Source: an uncultured Gammaproteobacteria bacterium
GTDB taxonomy: Bacteria; Patescibacteriota; Microgenomatia; Levybacterales; UBA12049
Direction of reading: 5' to 3'
Assembly: GCA_964416445.1 (NCBI GenBank)
Contig: CAYQEE010000005.1
Coordinates: forward strand, 52,060 to 116,059
Length of the DNA stretch: 64,000 nucleotides
A program made the translations under genes and the position numbers. Positions 9,750-18,299 of the stretch are shown here, one piece after another. Position 1 is the first letter of the stretch, and every line of letters begins with the position of its first letter. The notes under the pieces are model-generated. The model worked only from the letters and a program-made list of their open reading frames with translations. It searched no databases and was not told where the DNA came from.

Positions 9750-10484
9750 ATGACAAAAAAGCTTATTATGCTAACAGCATACGATTATCCAACAGCCAAG
9801 ATACTTGATGAGATTGGTATTGATTATATTCTGGTCGGTGATAGTGTGGGGATGGTAGTTTATGGTTATCCAGACACAAAATCAGTTACTATGACAGATA
9901 TGGTGAGACATGTTCAAGCTGTTGCTCGAGGAGCAAAACATACACCCATTATTGCTGACTTGCCAATCAATACCTACAATACTGTTTCTGATGCGCTACT
10001 CAATGCAAAAAAACTTATCCAAGCAGGTGCATATGCGGTTAAAGTTGAAGGAAGGAAAGACGAAATAATTCGTGCCTTACAAGCAGACAAGATACCCGTC
10101 GTTGGACATGTAGGGTTATTACCACAAACGGCTCTCCATTATAAAGTTCAAGGGAGAGATGTTCAATCTGCAGAACAGATTTATGAAGATGCAAAAGTAC
10201 TTGACGGCTTCCATATGCCAGTTCTTATCCTTGAATGTATTCCTCAGGAATTGGCAAAGAAAATCACGAGAGATATTAATACACCAACGATAGGTATTGG
10301 TGCAGGGAAATATTGTGATGGGCAAGTACTTGTGCTTCATGATGTCCTTGGCCTTTCTGATTTTCAAGGGAAATTTGTTCGGCAATATTTTGATGCAAAA
10401 AAACAATTCAAACAAGCGCTGCTTAATTTTAAACATGATGTTTTTACTGAAAAGTTTCCCGAAGAGAGAGAGAGTTTTCAATGA
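9750..10484 (+). CDS. panB: 3-methyl-2-oxobutanoate hydroxymethyltransferase
   Basis: 'MLTAYD', 'ILVGDS', 'VKVEG', 'GHVGLLPQ', 'GIGAG..CDGQVLV.HD'; start placed at ATG 9750. Confidence 0.95.
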   Translation: MTKKLIMLTAYDYPTAKILDEIGIDYILVGDSVGMVVYGYPDTKSVTMTDMVRHVQAVARGAKHTPIIADLPINTYNTVSDALLNAKKLIQAGAYAVKVEGRKDEIIRALQADKIPVVGHVGLLPQTALHYKVQGRDVQSAEQIYEDAKVLDGFHMPVLILECIPQELAKKITRDINTPTIGIGAGKYCDGQVLVLHDVLGLSDFQGKFVRQYFDAKKQFKQALLNFKHDVFTEKFPEERESFQ

Positions 10485-11218
10485 TAGATAGTCATCATCC
10501 ACGTGCTGAATCATTACAAATCAGAGATAAAATTGTCCACGGCGTATCATTGGGTATTACATCGCTCCATGGGCTTGTTGCACAGGGAAGAGGAGAAGCG
10601 TTTGATTATCTTATCGGAGAAAAAACACAGAGCTTTGCTCAAGAATCTCTCCGTGCTGCTTCAGCACTTCTCTTGCTTGCAGAATACCCAGTATTATCAG
10701 TGAATGGGAACACTGCTGCATTATGTGCTGCGGAATATGGAAAACTAGGAAAAGTACTTGATTGCCCAATAGAGATAAATTTATTTCATCGTACACTTGC
10801 AAGAGAAAAGGCAATTCAAACATATTTATTAGAACAAGGAGCAAATAATATTGTTGGAGTGGGAGATGATGCAAGTGAAGTAATTACGGGTATTGCGAGT
10901 CCTCGAAAGTTTGTCAGTCATTATGGCATTAAGAAAGCAGATGTTATATTTGTTCCATTGGAGGATGGAGATCGCGCTCAAGCATTAATCAATCAGAATA
11001 AAAAAGTGATTACCATTGATTTAAATCCACTATCCCGCACTGCACAGCAGGCAACCATTACTATTGTTGATAATATTGTTCGTGCGCTGCCTTTGCTCAT
11101 TTCTATAACAGAACAATTACAGAGAAGTCAGAAATCTGAATTACAAAAAATCATAGATGAATATGATAATAAAAAAATACTTTCTATTGCACTCAAACAA
11201 ATGAAAGAACAAATTTAG
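10481..11218 (+). CDS. Archaeal-type phosphopantothenate synthetase (4-phosphopantoate--beta-alanine ligase, COG1701 family)
   Basis: 'HPRAESL', 'GRGEAFDYLIGEKT', 'SVNGNTAAL', 'EINLFHRT', 'VPLEDGDR', 'IDLNPLSRT', 'VDNIVRA'; ATGA overlap with panB. Confidence 0.9.
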   Translation: MIDSHHPRAESLQIRDKIVHGVSLGITSLHGLVAQGRGEAFDYLIGEKTQSFAQESLRAASALLLLAEYPVLSVNGNTAALCAAEYGKLGKVLDCPIEINLFHRTLAREKAIQTYLLEQGANNIVGVGDDASEVITGIASPRKFVSHYGIKKADVIFVPLEDGDRAQALINQNKKVITIDLNPLSRTAQQATITIVDNIVRALPLLISITEQLQRSQKSELQKIIDEYDNKKILSIALKQMKEQI

Positions 11219-11390
11219 AAAGCCTCATCAGGACTTGTTACTACCCTATAGAAACAGCCATGTAATGAGAGTTATTGGTCAAAATATGGACGGGACTTAA
11301 TGTAATCTTTCGTGTCATTTCTTAAACTCTACTAATGTATCACTGTCGGTGGTAACTTAACATGAAGCTATGTATCTAAATATCCATGAG

Positions 11391-11477
11391 CGGAGAGGGC
11401 GAGATTCGAACTCGCGAAAGGCTTGCGCCCTTAATAGTTTTCAAGACTATCGCACTAAACCACTATGCGACCTCTCC
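11391..11477 (-). tRNA. tRNA-Ser(TGA)
   Basis: GGAGAGG acceptor; anticodon arm ATAGT-CTTGAAA-ACTAT; long variable arm. Confidence 0.95.
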
Positions 11478-11552
11478 AAGATCCTCCTATTTTATCAAAA
11501 TCACCTTTGACATGCTAGCCAAACACCTTGAAACGCATGATATAATTAGTTT

Positions 11553-12314
11553 ATGCCCGAGCCTATTACTCCTGTTGAAGTAAAAATTGGATTCAGAAAA
11601 AAAATTACCCCAGAAATGAGGTCTGTAGAAACTCTTGATTTCGCAAAACTTGATCCAAATTCTCTTCGATATCTGTTAAAAAGAAATAAAAAGCTTGAGA
11701 AAATTAATTATAAGGTTGCTAAAGAAAGAGTGCGTTTCGATGAATATGAAGAACGAAGAAGAAAACGATTCTTACAACGGGAAGCAGGAGGGATGCCAGC
11801 TATTCGACTTCGCGATCTCTGGTATAGTTGGCGGGATAAGGCTCCTTCACATCAGGTTATGAAAAATATGCTACAGGTGGCAAAAAATAGTAGCGAATTT
11901 AAAAATAAATCGGATGAAGAAATATTAAAAGCAATATCTATTGGTAAATTACCTCCAGAGGTAAAATATGCGCGAAAAGCGCTGGGTAATAACATTGGGT
12001 ATTTAGGATCGATTCCTCAGGGACTTTATAACATTACAGAAGTTCGACAAATCTTAGATGATTATTATCCTGCTAAACGGATTGCAGATGTTATTAAACA
12101 ACGAGATGCAGAGGCAAAACTGAAAAATTCTATTCGAGTTGAAGAACTCAATAAAGAATTAAAAACATTAATTAAGCCTCAGACATCTGATCGAATGAAT
12201 GCGACAATCGCTAAATTACGTCCCGTTATTGATAATCTTGCGGTAAAAGCAGGGAATTGGCAAAAAGGAATTCCGACACAAGCGCCGGCTGTCCCTTCTC
12301 CTGTCGCACCATAA
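11553..12314 (+). CDS. Basic hypothetical protein
   Basis: 253-aa ORF; TGATATAAT ends 6 nt before the ATG. Confidence 0.7.
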   Translation: MPEPITPVEVKIGFRKKITPEMRSVETLDFAKLDPNSLRYLLKRNKKLEKINYKVAKERVRFDEYEERRRKRFLQREAGGMPAIRLRDLWYSWRDKAPSHQVMKNMLQVAKNSSEFKNKSDEEILKAISIGKLPPEVKYARKALGNNIGYLGSIPQGLYNITEVRQILDDYYPAKRIADVIKQRDAEAKLKNSIRVEELNKELKTLIKPQTSDRMNATIAKLRPVIDNLAVKAGNWQKGIPTQAPAVPSPVAP

Positions 12315-12319
12315 TTACT

Positions 12320-12877
12320 TTATTGCTTTTGTAAGTATGCGAAATATTCAGTATTGCCTCCTTTACCGCCAAGTAATGGCGACTGTATAAATCCTTTTAT
12401 TTGTACCCCCATTTTTGCAATCTCTTCTACCGTTTGCTTCGCTACTTCCTCGGCAACTTGAGGTGTTAAGACCCCTTTGATTAATAATCTTTTATCTGCT
12501 TCGTAATGTGGTTTTATCAACGTAATAATTATCCCGTACTCCTGAGTATTTCGTAAAATATTAGGAAAAATATTTTTTTGTTTTGTCCAACTGGTATCGT
12601 TGGTTAATAATGTAACTTGTTCAGGTAATGTCACGTGCATTGCGTTTGTCCTCTCTAAAACAACCACTTTCGGGTTATTTCGTAACTTCCAAGCAAGTTC
12701 TCCATACCCAGTTTCAACTGCATACACTTTTTGTGCATTATTTTGCAATAAACAATCAACAAAGCCTCCCACTGAGCTGCCAAAATCTGCACATACTTTA
12801 TCGGAGACATTTATTTTGAATGTCTCAAGGGCAAATGCTAATTTGTCTCCAGCTCTACTTGCAAATGTTTTTTGCAT
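12320..12877 (-). CDS. TlyA/FtsJ-family RNA methyltransferase lacking the S4 domain
   Basis: 'SRAGDKL', 'DFGSSVGGF', 'LIKPHYE', 'SPLLGGKGGNTEY'. Confidence 0.85.
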   Translation of the reverse strand: MQKTFASRAGDKLAFALETFKINVSDKVCADFGSSVGGFVDCLLQNNAQKVYAVETGYGELAWKLRNNPKVVVLERTNAMHVTLPEQVTLLTNDTSWTKQKNIFPNILRNTQEYGIIITLIKPHYEADKRLLIKGVLTPQVAEEVAKQTVEEIAKMGVQIKGFIQSPLLGGKGGNTEYFAYLQKQ

Positions 12878-12947
12878 GACGGTATTGTAACAAAAAAGAC
12901 AATTTTTGCCCATATTAGGTACAAGGAAAAATTGTTATTATGAAAAA

Positions 12948-14186
12948 ATGCATAAGTCATTAGTTCATCTATTGCTTGTTTTTTCCCTTCTCCTCATTAT
13001 TGGGTTCTCCGTATTTGCAAATGCACTCTCCAATAGATTTGTCTATGATGATATGGTGCAAATAGTCAGATTGTCTATGGAACATTCACTTCGTAATCTG
13101 CCTCTTTTTTTCATATCATCGATCCGCAATATAGAGAAACATGGAATTTTTTTTGATTTCTATTACAAACCGATGATGTTTGTTGACTTTTCTCTGTTAT
13201 ATGCACTGGGGAAGGGTACTGCACTTCCCTTTCATTTGTTTCAAATTGGTGTTTTTGTTTGCAATTCCTTACTTGTGTACCTGATTTTAAAGAAAATTTT
13301 TCCTTTTTCACTCGCTTTGTTCTTCTCATTACTCTTTCTTTTACATCCAATTAATGCTGATAATGCGGTTTATATAGCAAATACTCAGGATGTTTTATTT
13401 TTTTTCTTTGGTATGATAGCCCTTGTTTTTGTTATCTATTTACCTGAACGAAGAAGTACAAAAATTAATATGAGTTTCTGGTTGTTTCTTTCGCTTCTTT
13501 CTAAAGAAAGCGGCATACTATTTGCCGTGATTTTATTAGGATATATAGTCCTTTTTGAAAAACAACTTCTGAAAGATTACGTTCCTTGGTTTGTTGGCGT
13601 AGGGGGTGTGTATGGAGTATTACGCATTGTTGCTTCACAATTTTATTTTATCTCTATGATTACGCCACTTGTTGCAAAAACGACGTTATCACAACGGTTA
13701 ATTTTTATTCCGCGTAGTCTCGTGTTTTATTTACAACGTTTTGTTCTTCCGAATGATTCAATCTCACAGTCCAGTAAAATACTGCCACATTTTTCTTATT
13801 TCTTTTCCTCTCTCGGTATTCTCGTTCTCTTTCTGGGGGCTGCTCTATATTTGGGAAAATATCTAATGCAAAATCGAGGCGACAAAGATATTCGTTGGTA
13901 TGGTTTCTTCTGTCTATGGTTGTCAGTTGGGTTAGTATTTCATCTTCAACTATTTCCCTTTGATGATTTTGTACAAGATCGATGGTTTTATTTTCCTTTT
14001 GTTGGGCTTGTGGGAATACTTGGATTTGGTATTGTACAGATTCGTTGGCGTGCAACGTTAGTAAAAATTGTAGGGGTAAGTATTGCTCTCGTTATTCTTA
14101 TTTTTTGCGCTCAGAAAACTGTGCAAAAAAGTTCATATTATCGAAGTCCTGCTTCTATCACTGCGCATCGAAGCATTTTTTACTAA
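12948..14186 (+). CDS. GT-C fold membrane glycosyltransferase, TMTC/protein O-mannosyltransferase-like, without TPRs
   Basis: 'FVYDD' after TM1; 'YYKP', 'LHPINAD..VYI', 'LLSKESG', 'DRWFYFP'; about 11 TM helices. Confidence 0.7.
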   Translation: MHKSLVHLLLVFSLLLIIGFSVFANALSNRFVYDDMVQIVRLSMEHSLRNLPLFFISSIRNIEKHGIFFDFYYKPMMFVDFSLLYALGKGTALPFHLFQIGVFVCNSLLVYLILKKIFPFSLALFFSLLFLLHPINADNAVYIANTQDVLFFFFGMIALVFVIYLPERRSTKINMSFWLFLSLLSKESGILFAVILLGYIVLFEKQLLKDYVPWFVGVGGVYGVLRIVASQFYFISMITPLVAKTTLSQRLIFIPRSLVFYLQRFVLPNDSISQSSKILPHFSYFFSSLGILVLFLGAALYLGKYLMQNRGDKDIRWYGFFCLWLSVGLVFHLQLFPFDDFVQDRWFYFPFVGLVGILGFGIVQIRWRATLVKIVGVSIALVILIFCAQKTVQKSSYYRSPASITAHRSIFY

Positions 14187-14822
14187 ATTAACAAAATATT
14201 CATGAAAACGAGTATCACTGGTCAATTCAGGATGAAATGCTGTTGCAATCATAGTCTTTTGTTTTGCAGCAACGATTGTTCCATCAGAAAGCGTGGCCAA
14301 TATTTCGGTATCTGAAGAGACACTCATAATAAGAGGAGCGCGAATAAATGTGGCATGCAATGGTTTTTTCCCTAACACATGAATTTCAAGACCTGTCTCA
14401 AAGCTTGCTATCTGTCTTCCAAACGCATTTCTATTTACCGTAATGTCCATAACGCCTAGAGGAACTGGTTTATTTTGGATTAATTTTTTTGCAAGTAAAA
14501 TCATTCCTGCGCATGTTCCCCATACAGGCATACCCTTTTCAATTCTTTTTTTCAAAGGTTCTCTAAGATTAAAGACGTCAAGTAAACGAGCCATGGTAGT
14601 ACTTTCTCCTCCCGGCAAAATAATTGCATCAAGAGTATTGAGGTCTTCGGATAAACGTACTTCTTTTGTTTGTATACCTATTCGTGAGAGCGTTTGGATA
14701 TGCTCAAGAAAGTCTCCTTGGAGAGAAAGCACACCGATAATAATGTCTGATTGTTTCTTCAGAGAATTCTGATTCTTTGCTAATTCCCACGAAATGGGTG
14801 GAGGTGCAGAGACATATTTCAT
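14133..14822 (-). CDS. pdxT: PLP synthase glutaminase subunit
   Basis: 'GVLSLQGDF', 'LPGGEST', 'GTCAG', 'RNAFGRQ', 'FIRAP', 'FHPE'. Confidence 0.95.
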   Translation of the reverse strand: MKYVSAPPPISWELAKNQNSLKKQSDIIIGVLSLQGDFLEHIQTLSRIGIQTKEVRLSEDLNTLDAIILPGGESTTMARLLDVFNLREPLKKRIEKGMPVWGTCAGMILLAKKLIQNKPVPLGVMDITVNRNAFGRQIASFETGLEIHVLGKKPLHATFIRAPLIMSVSSDTEILATLSDGTIVAAKQKTMIATAFHPELTSDTRFHEYFVNLVKNASMRSDRSRTSII

Positions 14823-14827
14823 ATAGA

Positions 14828-15739
14828 TTACCAACCTCTCGTTGCTAGCAGTTTATCAGGAGTAAGTGTTCGAATGTCGATACTTTGCATTGCTTCACCA
14901 AGACCTTTAGACACTTCCGCGATTATTTCTGGATTCTTATAATGTGTAACTGCTGAAACGATTGCTTTTGCTCGTTTTTCTGGATTGCTTGATTTGTAAA
15001 TGCCAGAACCAACGAAGACACCATCGCTTCCAAGTTGCATCATTAGCGCTGCGTCAGCAGGTGTCGCAATGCCTCCTGCAGCAAAATTGACTACAGGTAA
15101 ACGGCCTAATTTCTTCACTTCGGAAACTAATTCTTCTGATACTCGCATATCCTTTGCTATTTGATGTAATTGTGTTGCGTTCATTTTTTGTAATGCAGCA
15201 ATTTCTTTTGTTACTGCTCGTTGATGTCTTACTGCTTCTACGACATTTCCCGTTCCAGCCTCTCCTTTAGTGCGAATCATTGCTGCGCCTTCTTGAATAC
15301 GCCGAAGAGCTTCTCCAAGATTTCGACAACCGCAAACGAAAGGTACTTTAAAGTTATGCTTTGCTACATGGTTTTCTTCATCAGCTGGGGTTAACACTTC
15401 AGATTCATCAATATAATCAATTCCCATCGACTCGAGAACTTGTGCTTCGACAAAGTGGCCAATTCGGCACTTTGCCATAACGGGAATACTGACTGCATCC
15501 ATAATTCTTTGAATCATTTCAGGATCAGACATTCTGGCGACACCGCCAGCTGCACGGATATCGGAAGGTACCCGTTCGAGGGCCATAACTGCACAAGCAC
15601 CGGCTTCTTCTGCAATTTTTGCTTGATCAGCAGTTACGACATCCATAATAACTCCACCTTTAAGCATTTGTGCTAAGCCTACTTTGACTTCCCACGTAGC
15701 GCGTACTTCAGTATGGTTAGTTTGTTGTGCCATATCCAT
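14828..15739 (-). CDS. pdxS: PLP synthase lyase subunit
   Basis: 'LKGGVIMDV', 'MAKCRIGH', '[10 protein letters not shown]', '[10 protein letters not shown]'. Confidence 0.97.
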   Translation of the reverse strand: MDMAQQTNHTEVRATWEVKVGLAQMLKGGVIMDVVTADQAKIAEEAGACAVMALERVPSDIRAAGGVARMSDPEMIQRIMDAVSIPVMAKCRIGHFVEAQVLESMGIDYIDESEVLTPADEENHVAKHNFKVPFVCGCRNLGEALRRIQEGAAMIRTKGEAGTGNVVEAVRHQRAVTKEIAALQKMNATQLHQIAKDMRVSEELVSEVKKLGRLPVVNFAAGGIATPADAALMMQLGSDGVFVGSGIYKSSNPEKRAKAIVSAVTHYKNPEIIAEVSKGLGEAMQSIDIRTLTPDKLLATRGW

Positions 15740-15797
15740 TTTCTAACATAGGCATTATACAATTTTTTGAGTGAAAAGAAAATGTTGTATGGTTGAT

Positions 15798-16502
15798 TTA
15801 TCGAGCGAGGAGAGCTCTCCTAATTCCTGTGCTTACATATTGCATGTAATGTGAACCCGTGAATCGATTACGAACACTTCTCTCAATAGGTGTATTTGCA
15901 CGCGATCTATGAGAAATTATGGGAATACTTCCTCGTGCTGTATAGTGATCTTCAAGCAGATTCGTTAGTAAAAGATTCATTTTTCCTCTCGTTAAGTGAT
16001 TAATTGTTTCTTGAACTGATTCTTTCGATTCTTCGTGAGGTTGGTCTGTCTCGTAACCAAGTATTCCCGCGAGACTAACGCCGATTGTTCTTTGTGCTGG
16101 TTTTATCTGCAAAGAATAAAATCCTCCCAAACGAGATATTCCATCATGGCCTATATTGCAGGATAACCCACTTTCCACATACAAACCTTCATCAACGACT
16201 GAGATAGTAACTCGATCAGGATGTGTCGGAATAGGTGTGCTATATTCTATCCATTCCTGTTCTCGTCTATATACTTGATCAGGAAAGATTTGTTGATCTT
16301 CTTCTGTCGTTAAACTAGGAGCTTGATTGCTTCGAAATGAGAGCAGAATATGAGCTTGTTCTGAAGTTAAAACAAGAAACCGTTCGACTTCTCCAAAGCC
16401 TCTCTGATTGTTTTTATGCAGAATGGTAAATGCACCCTCAAACATTAATGCTTGCCTTATGGCGCTCTCATCAAGTAATGATACATTTTTTTCTCGTTCC
16501 AT
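15798..16502 (-). CDS. Hypothetical protein
   Basis: ORF with TGCTATACT ending 6 nt before ATG 16502; no recognised domain. Confidence 0.6.
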   Translation of the reverse strand: MEREKNVSLLDESAIRQALMFEGAFTILHKNNQRGFGEVERFLVLTSEQAHILLSFRSNQAPSLTTEEDQQIFPDQVYRREQEWIEYSTPIPTHPDRVTISVVDEGLYVESGLSCNIGHDGISRLGGFYSLQIKPAQRTIGVSLAGILGYETDQPHEESKESVQETINHLTRGKMNLLLTNLLEDHYTARGSIPIISHRSRANTPIERSVRNRFTGSHYMQYVSTGIRRALLAR

Positions 16503-16570
16503 GAGGCAAGTATAGCACAAGAATATCACCTGTTTTAAACATAGAAGTGAACAAAGAGAAGAATTCTGTG

Positions 16571-16660
16571 CGGAGGAGACAGGATTCGAACCTGCGTGAG
16601 TCGGTTTAAAGACTCAGGAATTTAGCAAACTCCAGCAATGGGCCACTATGCGACTCCTCC
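16571..16660 (-). tRNA. tRNA-Ser(GCT)
   Basis: GGAGGAG acceptor; anticodon arm GGAGT-TTGCTAA-ATTCC; long variable arm GAGTC/GACTC. Confidence 0.95.
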
Positions 16661-16730
16661 AAGTTTTTTGAGTATACCATAGAGAAAATGTAAACTAAAG
16701 CTAAGGGGGGTCGTTATTGTTAGGTGTTTT

Positions 16731-17243
16731 CTATCTTCTGTTGGGAAAAGGGTTTTGAAATGAAAAGCCCGTCCATCGTTGTTGCCCATACTGCATAAGT
16801 TTTCCTAAATATTCGGGTAAAAGCATAGGATACGATGGATCACTAATACCCGCGTGTTCAAGCAATAATCTTCTCTTATCAGTGATAGCTCCTGAATGTA
16901 CAATTGCATAGTCAGCATTAATACTACTTTTCAGTTCCATAACTTTTAATACTGAAGTTATGGTTGTAAGTGTTCCAATTCCTTGTTGTTGTACTGGGTA
17001 GCCATTGAGGGGGTAAAAGCTATACCATCGCAATAATTTATCCTTATCATATACATCAATTTCTCCTTTACCTAACGCTATCGCATCAAAGAAATAGTAA
17101 AGAGTAGCTCTTTGAAAGTCGGACTGCCCATACGTGGGTTCAAAGGTGCCTGTTGTAACAATTCTTCGTTGTAATTCGTCTTTCGGTATGTTTTTTATTT
17201 CATTTATCAAGGCATCTCTCTTTTCTAGCTCTTCAGGTCTCAT
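16731..17243 (-). CDS. Hypothetical protein, possibly a degenerate GNAT fold
   Basis: 'VQQQGIGTL' matches the Q/RxxGxG acetyl-CoA-binding loop. Confidence 0.5.
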   Translation of the reverse strand: MRPEELEKRDALINEIKNIPKDELQRRIVTTGTFEPTYGQSDFQRATLYYFFDAIALGKGEIDVYDKDKLLRWYSFYPLNGYPVQQQGIGTLTTITSVLKVMELKSSINADYAIVHSGAITDKRRLLLEHAGISDPSYPMLLPEYLGKLMQYGQQRWTGFSFQNPFPNRR

Positions 17244-17333
17244 ATCATTGATGGATAACAAGTATATCAAATATTGTCAAAACGGAGATTCTAAAGATTA
17301 ACAAAAATAACCCTGAAAAAATCAGTTGAATTG

Positions 17334-17782
17334 TGGAGATGTCCGGCAATGAACCGGAGTCCAAGAAATTATTTGGAAACGTCTACAAGCATAGTTGATT
17401 TATTAATGTCGCTCTTTATAATTCCAGTCAACAGGATATAAAAAGCCTAAGGTTTATTAAAATAGCATAAGAAGCTAAACCAATTTTTCTTATGTTTTCT
17501 CAACTGGTTTATGCTCATATACTTTGTTGAGAAGTTAGGTATATGAACAGGACATCAATTAATGTAATTAATTGATATAAGCGGAAGCAAAAGATTGCTT
17601 TCGCATTGCAAAAGCACCTGCTACTAACATTCCTGCCTCAGAAAGAGGAAGGGCTGTTTTCTCAGCTGCTTTTCGCACCATGCCGAAATAATCAGCATTT
17701 AGTGTTTGATTTGTTTTACGACTACTATCAAAGTCGGCTTGCCGTTTATCAAAGTGCTCTCTTGTCGAATCAGTTCATCCCC
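17334..17782 (-). ncRNA. ssrA: tmRNA, 449 nt; predicted tag reading frame 17696->17568
   Basis: 5' GGGGATGAA..TTCGAC; 3' GACTCCGG-TTCATTG-CCGGA-CATCTCC-A; acceptor stem GGGGATG/CATCTCC with G3:U70; adjacent to smpB. Confidence 0.93.
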
Positions 17783-18209
17783 ATGTTTCTTCATCGACTT
17801 GTCTCTGTAAATCCCTCTGCTTGATCGCTTCTTTCTTCTGGTACTGTTTTTTACCTTTGGCGAGGGCGAGTTCAAGCTTAATGAGGTTGTTATGAGTATA
17901 TAATGAAATAGGCACGATTGTCAAGTTTTGGCCATCAATTTTGGACTTTAATGCAATAATTTCTTTCTTGTGAAGGAGGAGCTTTCTCGTCCGTCGTTCA
18001 TCATACGCTTCTGGACGAGCATACTGATAAGGGTAAATCTTCGCGTTAATTAAATATGCCTCGCTCCCGACGATTCGAACATGACTACCATTAATATCAA
18101 CATTGCCCTGTTTCACTGCCTTAACTTCTGCTCCAAGTAAATTAATACCAGCTTCGAAATGTTCGAAGATTTGGTAATCATGATATGCTTGTTTATTCGG
18201 TATTTTCAT
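17775..18209 (-). CDS. smpB: SsrA-binding protein
   Basis: 'NKQAYHDY', 'EAGINLLGAEVKAVK', 'RTRKLLLHKKEI', 'LAKGKK'. Confidence 0.97.
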   Translation of the reverse strand: MKIPNKQAYHDYQIFEHFEAGINLLGAEVKAVKQGNVDINGSHVRIVGSEAYLINAKIYPYQYARPEAYDERRTRKLLLHKKEIIALKSKIDGQNLTIVPISLYTHNNLIKLELALAKGKKQYQKKEAIKQRDLQRQVDEETWG

Positions 18210-18299
18210 GCAATTATGATACTCCAATAGAAGTGAATTGTCATGGGTGAAATTATATAGCTCTTTTTCCTACTAGTTCTTTATATTACACTACAAGAT

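Noticed and set aside
11391-11477. tRNA with a 'TGA' anticodon as a selenocysteine or suppressor tRNA
   Set aside because: Anticodon UGA reads UCA (Ser); tRNA-Sec has anticodon UCA. The structure is a normal tRNA-Ser.
17606-17824. 72-aa plus-strand ORF
   Set aside because: It is antisense to the tmRNA and smpB and has no supporting features.
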